In this document: in pieces, positions 57,227-64,000 of the stretch
Layout: each line of letters starts with the position of its first letter
Numbering within the stretch: position 1 is the first letter of the stretch
NCBI GenBank assembly: GCA_964468645.1
Contig: CAYXUU010000001.1
Location: forward strand, 79,857 to 143,856
Source: an uncultured Bacteroidales bacterium
GTDB lineage: Bacteria > Bacteroidota > Bacteroidia > Bacteroidales > JAIOZK01
Direction: 5' to 3'
Length of the DNA stretch: 64,000 nt
The notes under the pieces: model-generated
Told to the model about the DNA's origin: nothing
Database searches by the model: none
What the model saw: the letters and a program-made list of their open reading frames with translations, nothing else
Translations under genes and position numbers: made by a program

Positions 57227-58417
57227 ATGAAAAGTATCAATGATTTCAATTTTAAAGGCCATAAAGCCATTATTCGCGTGGATTTCAATGTACCCCTTAA
57301 TGATCAACTGGAAATAACCGATACAACGCGGATAGATGCCACTATCCCCACCATTAAGAAAATCTTACGCGATGGTGGTTCCGTTATATTGATGTCACAT
57401 TTAGGCAGGCCCAAGGAAGGGCCCGAGGTTAAATTTTCCCTTAAAAACCTTGTAAGCTATTTATCCAAACAACTGGAAACAGAAGTAAAATTTGCCGGTG
57501 ATTGTATTGGAGATGATGCAAAGAGGTTTGCCAATGAATTAAAACCCGGTGAAGTATTATTACTGGAAAACCTCAGATTTTATAAAGAAGAAACCAAAGG
57601 TGATGAAGCCTTTGCCAGGAAACTTTCAGAACTAGCCGATGTTTATGTTAATGATGCATTTGGGACGGCCCACCGTGCCCATGCTTCCACAGCAATTATC
57701 GCAAAGTTTTTCCCTGAAAACAAGTTGTTTGGATACATCATGGAGAATGAGGTGAAAAACATGAATAAAGTCATGGAAGATCCATCCAGGCCGTTTACAG
57801 CCATTCTGGGAGGTGCCAAGATATCCGGGAAACTTGAAGTCATCAACAACCTGCTTGATAAGGTGGATAACCTGATTATCGGCGGAGGTATGATGTTTAC
57901 TTTTATAAAAGCCCTTGGGGGAAATATTGGTAACTCACTTGTAGAAGATGACCTTATCGATACTGCAAATGAAACCATTGAAAAAGCCCGTGAGAACGGG
58001 GTGATGCTTTACCTGCCTAAAGATGCAATTGCTGCCAGCAAATTTTCGAGTGATGCTGAAACCAAAGAGACAAACTCTTATACCATTCCCGATAACTGGA
58101 TGGGACTGGATATTGGCCCGGAAAGCCGTAAACAATTCGCGGAAATTATTGCTGCCTCAAAAACCATACTCTGGAACGGGCCCATGGGTGTTTTTGAAAT
58201 GCCGGCGTTTGAAGCAGGCACCAGGTATATTGCACAGGCAGTTGCCGAAGCAACCGAAAAAGGAGCCTTCTCATTGGTCGGCGGAGGTGATTCCGTAGCA
58301 GCTATCAACCAGCTGGGACTTGCCGAAAAAATAAGCTATGTATCAACCGGTGGCGGCGCCATGCTGGAGTATATTGAGGGGAAAGAACTGCCGGGTGTGA
58401 AAGCCATTAAGCAATAA
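57227..58417 (+). CDS. pgk: phosphoglycerate kinase
   Basis: 396 aa. [16 protein letters not shown]-type (SHLGRPKEG), [20 protein letters not shown]. Confidence 0.95.
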   Translation: MKSINDFNFKGHKAIIRVDFNVPLNDQLEITDTTRIDATIPTIKKILRDGGSVILMSHLGRPKEGPEVKFSLKNLVSYLSKQLETEVKFAGDCIGDDAKRFANELKPGEVLLLENLRFYKEETKGDEAFARKLSELADVYVNDAFGTAHRAHASTAIIAKFFPENKLFGYIMENEVKNMNKVMEDPSRPFTAILGGAKISGKLEVINNLLDKVDNLIIGGGMMFTFIKALGGNIGNSLVEDDLIDTANETIEKARENGVMLYLPKDAIAASKFSSDAETKETNSYTIPDNWMGLDIGPESRKQFAEIIAASKTILWNGPMGVFEMPAFEAGTRYIAQAVAEATEKGAFSLVGGGDSVAAINQLGLAEKISYVSTGGGAMLEYIEGKELPGVKAIKQ

Positions 58418-58430
58418 CTTAACAAGGCAT

Positions 58431-58866
58431 AAGGACAAAGTAAAAAGGCAAAAGGAAGGATAGCTTGTGTTTGTAATTCGTTTAATCTTTGCACTTCCCC
58501 CTTTGGTGGGAGAACAAGGGGCCGGGATTAATTTGGTGATTTTTGACTGAATAGAATACAGATGACGCTGATCTCCGAACACGGATGAAAGCAGATAGTT
58601 GACGAAAGTTGTTAAGGTGGAGTAAGCTTCCAATTCGATTCCCGCTTTCCGAAGAGAGATTGAAGATAATAATTGATTTCACGATTTAATGATTTCACGA
58701 GTTCACGATATTCGAAATTTTTGCGATTCGCAATCTGTCGAATATCGTTACATCGTCTAATCTCTAATCGACCAATCAAAATCCGGGATCCCATCCCACT
58801 CACCCTTGGTGAGGCAACTGGTATCCCATGTTTATTTCACTACTTTGTACTTTTGCCTTTGTCCTT
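58431..58866. repeat. AAGGACAAAG / GGCAAAAG word blocks in inverted orientation bracketing a 467-nt intergenic region
   Basis: AAGGACAAAGTAAAAAGGCAAAAGG (58431-55), just after the pgk stop. Its inverse CTTTGTACTTTTGCCTTTGTCCTT (58843-66), just after the minus-strand stop at 58885. The interior carries CACGA/TCGA word runs. Confidence 0.5.
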
Positions 58867-58884
58867 TAGACTTTTGACATAAGG

Positions 58885-60153
58885 CTAGTGTACATTCACA
58901 TTCCTTGAATTTTTATTCCCCCCCGTATCTCTTGGCCAGCCTGAAACCGCCAGCGGCCTGTCACCCTGAAGGGCATATAGTATAGATGAGCCGGGATAAT
59001 TTGTAGCGGCAGATACATAGATAACATTGTTATTCCCTATCGCAACGCAAAGCGACGCACTCATGCTTTGATACTTAGCCCATTTGGTGGTGCCATCCGG
59101 CCTGAATACCTGGAAGTTGCCACTTCCGTGATCAGAAGCACTAACATAGGCATTTCCATCTGAGTCGATAGCTATCTTTGCGCCAGCTCCCCAGTAAGTA
59201 CCACTTTGCCATTTTAGGGATCCATCCGGATTATAACAGTACAGATCAGAGGCCAATATGTAAGATGAACCATTGGGTCCTACAGAGGGATAGCCTCTCA
59301 GTGCGTCAACCTGCCAGATAATCTCACCTGTTGCAGCGTTCATTTTTACAAGTTTGTCTGGCCCGGATTGAGAAAAAATCAGATTACCATCAGTTGAGAT
59401 CGCTATACCATTCGGGCCCTGAAGCGTTCCTTCAATGATGCTGGTCCAATTGATGGCTCCTGTGTTTGGATCCAGCGCGGCAATGGTTGGAACATCCCCC
59501 AATTCTGACCAGTATGCATATAAGGTGCCATTGGTTCCAACGATCAGATTTCTGGCTCCCCAGCTAACAGGAAGCTTCCACATCAACTGCCCATCGCTAT
59601 TCAGGGCGTAAATATGTCTTGCATAGGATCCTGCTCCGATATGGGCAAAGAACACCTGTCCGTCATTTCCAAGGGTAAGCCACCAGATCTGATAATGTTC
59701 ATTCAGTTCGGCAGATACTTCATAAGTCCATTTAAAACTTCCATCTGCAGGATTGATAGCATAAACAGTATAATATCCTATTATATAAATTGTCCCGTCT
59801 TCACCAACAACAGGGTTGGTTGAGCCTACATGATCCAGGTCAGCTGTGGCCCATTTAAAGGTACTGTCAGGATTAATTGCATGTAATTTTGCAGGAACCC
59901 ATGTTCCTGTTCCACCTCCTGAAGCCACATAAATAGTGCCGTCAGGTCCTATGGCTGGGGCAGTGATCATCACATTGGCAGTCGGTTCAGGATTAACATT
60001 AAATTCGCCATAAGTCCATAATACCGTTCCCAACTCCTCAACAGGTGGATCAGGATCCAGGATATCTTCATTACAGGCCATGAACTGGGTCATGGAAAAA
60101 ATTAAGGCAATAGTGCCGATCAGGTTCAATAGATTTTTCATAGTCGTTTTCAT
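58885..60153 (-). CDS. PQQ-like/BamB-like beta-propeller repeat lipoprotein
   Basis: Signal peptide and lipobox from Met17 (MKTTMKNLLNLIGTIALIFSMTQFMAC). Repeated DGTIY / G...W strand motifs (DGTIYVAS, DGTIYIIG, NGTLYAY, DGNLIFS, DGNAYVS). Confidence 0.7.
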   Translation of the reverse strand: MKTTMKNLLNLIGTIALIFSMTQFMACNEDILDPDPPVEELGTVLWTYGEFNVNPEPTANVMITAPAIGPDGTIYVASGGGTGTWVPAKLHAINPDSTFKWATADLDHVGSTNPVVGEDGTIYIIGYYTVYAINPADGSFKWTYEVSAELNEHYQIWWLTLGNDGQVFFAHIGAGSYARHIYALNSDGQLMWKLPVSWGARNLIVGTNGTLYAYWSELGDVPTIAALDPNTGAINWTSIIEGTLQGPNGIAISTDGNLIFSQSGPDKLVKMNAATGEIIWQVDALRGYPSVGPNGSSYILASDLYCYNPDGSLKWQSGTYWGAGAKIAIDSDGNAYVSASDHGSGNFQVFRPDGTTKWAKYQSMSASLCVAIGNNNVIYVSAATNYPGSSILYALQGDRPLAVSGWPRDTGGNKNSRNVNVH

Positions 60154-60479
60154 GGTAATCAATTTATAAGTTAAGTTAGTTGTTCTTTCTTCACAATACA
60201 TAGCTATACATCAAGTTGTTAACTTAGATATTGTTGCGAAATAACCTGACCATTCAAACTTGTTCTTTTGCACGCTAATTGCGTTAAAACGCCTCGCTAA
60301 AGCTGTCGCTATGCCTGCGTTTTTTGCCTTGTTATCGCACAAAATAACTTCGCCTGTTTTAGCCAACTTATTTCGTAATAATACCTTAATTATTCAGCCA
60401 GCTAATTAAACAATTCAATAATCTCCTTCAAGGGGATAAATATTCAGATTGGCTTTAAATGTAAGGAAAAACTTTTAGT

Positions 60480-60523
60480 AAGGCAAAAGGACAAAGGCAA
60501 AAGACAAAAGGTGAAGAGTGGAA
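60480..60523. repeat. periodic purine-rich word array (AAGGCAAA AGGACAAA GGCAAAAG ACAAAAGG TGAAGAGT GGAAG)
   Basis: Read from the sequence. Same word family as 58431-58455 and 23107-23140. Confidence 0.6.
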
Positions 60524-60636
60524 GTAATAAAGGGACGAATTCCCTACCGGTTGCACATCATGTTGATATAGGAATATTCTGGGATTTGTTTGTAAGCCAT
60601 ACCAACTCTGCTAAAACCGGGAGGAGAAATCATAAT

Positions 60637-60716
60637 AAGGCAAAAGTGAAAGTACCAAGTTAAAAAGTCCCGGTCACGACTCACTACTCACGATTCACAA
60701 CACCCACTTTTGCCTT
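60637..60716. repeat. hairpin with perfect 12-bp arms AAGGCAAAAGTG / CACTTTTGCCTT, just downstream of the DUF1080 gene stop
   Basis: Arms at 60637-48 and 60705-16. The loop contains CACGA words (GGTCACGACTCACTACTCACGATTCACAACAC). Confidence 0.55.
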
Positions 60717-60731
60717 TTCACTTTTACCTTG

Positions 60732-61469
60732 TTACAACTCCTTTATTTTAATATTCCTGAACCACACATCATCCCCGTGATCCTGCAATCCGATATAGCC
60801 TTCTTCAGCTGTGTTGACAAATTCTTCCCAGTCTTTGAATTTGCTGTTGGCAACCATGTTGTTCCAGTCATCGGTCCAGAGATGATACTCGAGTACTTTT
60901 TCACCATTCATAAAATGGACCACGGTTCCGTTATAGACCAGGATGCCGACTTTATTCCACTCACCTGCCGGTTTTGCATTTTGTGGTACTGCCGGAATCA
61001 GGTCATATAATGCTCCGGCCTGGCGGTTACCATCTTTGCCAAGCCTGGCATCGGGATGTTTGGCGTTGTCGAGGATCTGCATCTCGGGCGCAGATTTCCA
61101 GATCGGTGTTCCGGGAATTTCTTTGGCGAGGTAAAAAATGCCACTGTTGCCACCTTCCGACACTTTCCATTCCAGTTCCAGTTCAAAATTTTTGAACATT
61201 TTGTCATAGATGATGTCTCCGCCACCACCACCTGCTTCTCCTTTGCCGGAACCTATGACATGAAGTGCGGTATCTTCGATAATCCATCCTATTCCCGGAA
61301 AGGCTTCACCATCATAACTTCTCCAGCCATCAGTTGTTTCTCCATCAAACATCAAAACCCACCCTTCGTCGATCTCGGCCTGTGTTAAAGTGTTTGGTGG
61401 TTTTGGTTGATCTGAACATGATACAAGGAAAATAAGTGTAATACTGCTTAATAAGAATAAATGTTTCAT
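60732..61469 (-). CDS. DUF1080 (3-keto-disaccharide hydrolase-like, concanavalin-fold) lipoprotein
   Basis: Signal peptide/lipobox from Met17 (MKHLFLLSSITLIFLVSC). GWRSY...GWIIEDTALH, FELELEWKVSEGGNSGIFY, EMQILDN, GALYDLI, and terminal FRNIKIKEL. Confidence 0.8.
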   Translation of the reverse strand: MKHLFLLSSITLIFLVSCSDQPKPPNTLTQAEIDEGWVLMFDGETTDGWRSYDGEAFPGIGWIIEDTALHVIGSGKGEAGGGGGDIIYDKMFKNFELELEWKVSEGGNSGIFYLAKEIPGTPIWKSAPEMQILDNAKHPDARLGKDGNRQAGALYDLIPAVPQNAKPAGEWNKVGILVYNGTVVHFMNGEKVLEYHLWTDDWNNMVANSKFKDWEEFVNTAEEGYIGLQDHGDDVWFRNIKIKEL

Positions 61470-61514
61470 ATCGCTAATGTTTTGATTGTTTCTTAAATAA
61501 CAAAATACAAACAC

Positions 61515-61650
61515 CAAATAACAAACCTGCCCAAACGGAAGTCAATAAATTCCAATATCAAAATTCGAATGACCAAAACATATTTACTTCGTTAGCTAAA
61601 AGAATGTTTGAAATTTCGGTCATTGATTATTGGAATTTATTTGTTATTTG
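61515..61650. repeat. long imperfect palindrome between co-directional genes
   Basis: CAAATAACAAA (61515-25) pairs with TTTGTTATTTG (61640-50). AATAAATTCCAATA (61545-58) pairs with TATTGGAATTTATT (61629-42), a perfect 14 bp. AATGACC pairs with GGTCATT nearer the centre. Confidence 0.55.
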
Positions 61651-61684
61651 GAATTTGCCATTTGGCGCTTTCATAATTTACTAA

Positions 61685-63172
61685 CTATAATTTCCATCCT
61701 TCCCTATAAGTATGCTTAATATACTCCTCCGCTGCCGGTTTCGCCTTCAGGGTAGCATACTGTGTGTCAAAATGTGGATGTCCGTCGATCACGGTAAATT
61801 TATCAGAGGTCACCACACGTATTTCATCTTCATCGCTGATGTTGGTGATCTGCATGTTTTCGGCGTCCCATTTGAGCCTGCGTTTCAAATCCTGAAGTCT
61901 GATGGCCAGATTACCCATAACCACCACCTCATTCATCGGTCCTGAATACCCGAACCATGAACTACACTGAGTGCGGCTGTCGGGGCTTTCTTTACATGCC
62001 CTGATCCAGTCTGCTTCATGGCCACCCTGCATGGCATTTTCTATTCTTCGCATACTTGGCTCCGGGTGTTTGTAATCCTGGTCAAGTTCTTCCGGGAGCA
62101 GTTTCGGATTTCTCCCATAAGCACCACATACAAGTTTCCCTTTTTTGCCAACGAACAAACAGCCTCCGCTCCAGTCACCCATGGGCTCTGTGTCTTTTAA
62201 TTCTGCCGGGCGTGGGGGTTTTAATCCACCATCATACCAGTTCACTTTTACAGCTGGTAATTTCACTTTATTGTATTTACCCCTGTCGGGAAATTCGTAA
62301 TGAACCATTGATGCAATAGGTGCACTTTCTGTATTCACCTGGCTTGAGCTAGCAGAAAAATAATCGGGTTGGCCGAGCCGTAGGGCCATATATACCGGAT
62401 CGAAAATATGGCAGCCCATATCACCAAGGGCCCCGGTTCCAAAGTCCCACCAGGCTCTCCAGTTCCATGGGGTATAGGCAGGATTATAGAAACGCCAGGG
62501 TGCCGGGCCGATAAACAGATCCCAGAATAATGTTGGCGGCAGTGACGGTGTTTGTGTTGGGGCCTCAAGTCCCTGTGGCCAGATAGGCCGGTTAGTCCAG
62601 GCATGTGCCTCCTCCACTTCGCCGATAGCGCCGTCCCATATCCATTCACAGATCTGGCGTATGCCTTCTCCCGAATTTCCCTGGTTGCCCATCTGTGTGG
62701 CGACACCATACTGTTCAGTGAGTTTGGTTAAATACCTCGATTCATAAACCGAATGGGTAAGCGGTTTCTGCAGGTAAACATTTTTTCCCATTTGCATGGC
62801 CTGTGCGGCTGCAATAGCATGTGTATGATCAGGGGTTGCGATAACCACCGCATCAATTTCCTTTCCCATCTCATCATACATCTTTCTGAAATCCTTGTAA
62901 AGTTTTGCATTGGGATATTTTTCAAAAGTTCCCTTTGCATAACTCCAATCCACATCACACAGTGCAACAATATTTTCGCTGCTGCAATTGGCAATATTGG
63001 TGGCGCCAACCCCACCCACACCAATACCTGCAATATTCAGTTTTTCATTCGGCGACCTTGATCCCATTCCACCGAGAACCACATTGGGAAGTATGCTTAC
63101 ACCTGCTGTTGCTACAGCAACATTCCCGATGAACTTCCGGCGCGTGATTGCATTTTCTTTTTTGTTTTCCAT
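61685..63172 (-). CDS. Tat-exported Gfo/Idh/MocA-family oxidoreductase
   Basis: 495 aa. Twin-arginine signal TRRKFIGNVAVATAGVSIL and a Rossmann motif NIAGIGVGGVG. Confidence 0.8.
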   Translation of the reverse strand: MENKKENAITRRKFIGNVAVATAGVSILPNVVLGGMGSRSPNEKLNIAGIGVGGVGATNIANCSSENIVALCDVDWSYAKGTFEKYPNAKLYKDFRKMYDEMGKEIDAVVIATPDHTHAIAAAQAMQMGKNVYLQKPLTHSVYESRYLTKLTEQYGVATQMGNQGNSGEGIRQICEWIWDGAIGEVEEAHAWTNRPIWPQGLEAPTQTPSLPPTLFWDLFIGPAPWRFYNPAYTPWNWRAWWDFGTGALGDMGCHIFDPVYMALRLGQPDYFSASSSQVNTESAPIASMVHYEFPDRGKYNKVKLPAVKVNWYDGGLKPPRPAELKDTEPMGDWSGGCLFVGKKGKLVCGAYGRNPKLLPEELDQDYKHPEPSMRRIENAMQGGHEADWIRACKESPDSRTQCSSWFGYSGPMNEVVVMGNLAIRLQDLKRRLKWDAENMQITNISDEDEIRVVTSDKFTVIDGHPHFDTQYATLKAKPAAEEYIKHTYREGWKL

Positions 63173-63236
63173 AAATTTATTTTGGTTTAAGTTGAGAATA
63201 TATTTGAAACTTTAGCAATATTTTTTAGATGAAACA

Positions 63237-63391
63237 CCCTTCGGCATCGCTCAGTGTGACATTGATAATGATTGAGATTATATAGATCTCGGCTCCGCTC
63301 GATCTTTGTTAGCACTTTATAGAGGTCGAGCGGAGTCGAGACCCTATTATTACTTAGTACCCATTCTGTCACCCTGAGCGAAGCCGAAGGG
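63237..63391. repeat. nested inverted-repeat element (MITE-like or structured RNA), GC-rich relative to its surroundings
   Basis: Outer 25-bp arms: CCCTTCGGCATCGCTCAGTGTGACA (63237-61) against TGTCACCCTGAGCGAAGCCGAAGGG (63367-91), with 2 mismatches. Inner 16-bp arms: TCTCGGCTCCGCTCGA (63287-302) against TCGAGCGGAGTCGAGA (63326-41), with 1 mismatch. Confidence 0.65.
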
Positions 63392-63415
63392 GGACTGATA
63401 CAAATATGTGTTTTT

Positions 63416-64000
63416 TTACAAATTCTCATCTATATTCATTACTTTACCCAGCCTCTTACTTTCAAAGGCCTTTTCAATAAGAAAAATTACATCCCGGGCT
63501 TCCTCCGGCTTTACCGCCTGCTCTGCATCATTTATTATCACATCATATACATTGTTGTAAAACTCCTGGTAACATCCTGGTCTGGTTTCGATGGTTTTAT
63601 ATATTTCCGAACCATTCTCTTCGATAATTATTTGTCCATAGTTTTCAATTGATTCTTCTCCCCAGAAATTACCAACAGGCATCTGACCATTTTTCAGTGC
63701 TTCTTCCTGTGGATCGATGCCAAATTTAACGAATGATCTTTTATCCCCATGAATAATGTATCGTGGCAACCTGGCCCTCACCATCATGCCCGCTTTAAGT
63801 ATTACTTTAAGTGATTGGTAAAAAAGGCTGATGTCAAAGTAATCATCAACCTTACTACCAGGCCTCTGTGAACGAATATCAGCAAAGATTCTTTCAGGTT
63901 TACCAAAAAGTTGCATGGCCTGATCGATAAGATGTGAACCCAGATCATAAACAAGACCTCCCCCGGGTTGATCAATATCCCGCCAGGAATTGGTTTTCAA
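63416..64000 (-). CDS. Gfo/Idh/MocA-family oxidoreductase, C-terminal part (5' end outside window)
   Basis: 194 aa open to the window edge. C-terminal alpha/beta domain strings: GGGLVYDLGSHLIDQAMQLFG. Confidence 0.7.
   Translation of the reverse strand: MKTNSWRDIDQPGGGLVYDLGSHLIDQAMQLFGKPERIFADIRSQRPGSKVDDYFDISLFYQSLKVILKAGMMVRARLPRYIIHGDKRSFVKFGIDPQEEALKNGQMPVGNFWGEESIENYGQIIIEENGSEIYKTIETRPGCYQEFYNNVYDVIINDAEQAVKPEEARDVIFLIEKAFESKRLGKVMNIDENL

Noticed and set aside
794-63215. Many 60-184-aa ORFs in the track that lie inside or antisense to long supported genes. Examples: 1854..2198, 4255..4518, 10956..11342, 29956..30339, 39920..40474, 44966..45400, 53925..54281, 55364..55672, 62335..62709, 62753..63061.
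   Set aside because: These are shadow ORFs, expected in an AT-rich genome. Each overlaps a longer ORF that has clear family motifs, and none has recognisable motifs of its own.

Overview
This is an AT-rich chromosomal fragment that looks like Bacteroidota. Evidence: three proteins with T9SS type-A C-terminal sorting domains, a TonB-dependent receptor flanked by HmuY-like genes, TAnnTTTG -7 boxes, long-form IspG, and paired DUF1080 and Tat-exported Gfo/Idh/MocA genes. All domain calls were made by eye from the ORF translations; no searches were run.

Gene content from left to right:
- 1-6749 (minus strand): a synthase-dependent exopolysaccharide operon. It encodes a processive GT2 synthase, a TPR plus beta-barrel protein, a 1060-aa hydrolase/deacetylase-like protein, and a partial lipoprotein-like gene.
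- 7060-9410: a four-gene envelope module made of a CxxCH lipoprotein, an OB-fold protein, a YceI protein and a DUF5777-like barrel.
- A C10 peptidase with a T9SS domain, followed by an ACR3 arsenite carrier.
- 12980-16432: a corrinoid protein and a URO-D-like methyltransferase, translationally packed against a DUF1638-like histidine kinase.
- 18458-23101: an HmuY-like / TonB receptor / HmuY-like locus.
- 23326-25369: a 2-kb gene-decay zone holding remnants of ccsBA, a Crp/Fnr paralog and an SDR-DUF2867 gene.
- 25441-34282: the most interesting region, a nine-gene minus-strand multihaem cytochrome island. It contains 15 CxxCH motifs and a FdnI-type dihaem cytochrome b. It also contains a Tat 4-cluster FeS protein, a 10-TM-size NrfD-like subunit, a DUF5777-like barrel, and a hexahaem lipoprotein with a collagen-like Gly-X-Y stretch. 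A divergent Cys-bearing Crp/Fnr regulator and a dense palindrome region sit next to it.
- The rest is mostly housekeeping: ispG, an M14 peptidase, LPS-core glycosyltransferases, a MATE carrier, trkH/trkA, an aminotransferase plus C-N hydrolase pair, pgk, and DUF1080 with Gfo/Idh/MocA oxidoreductases.

Intergenic regions are unusually rich in short families of hairpin and periodic 'word' repeats, plus one nested inverted-repeat element. I saw no rRNA, tRNA, CRISPR array, transposase, integrase or phage genes.
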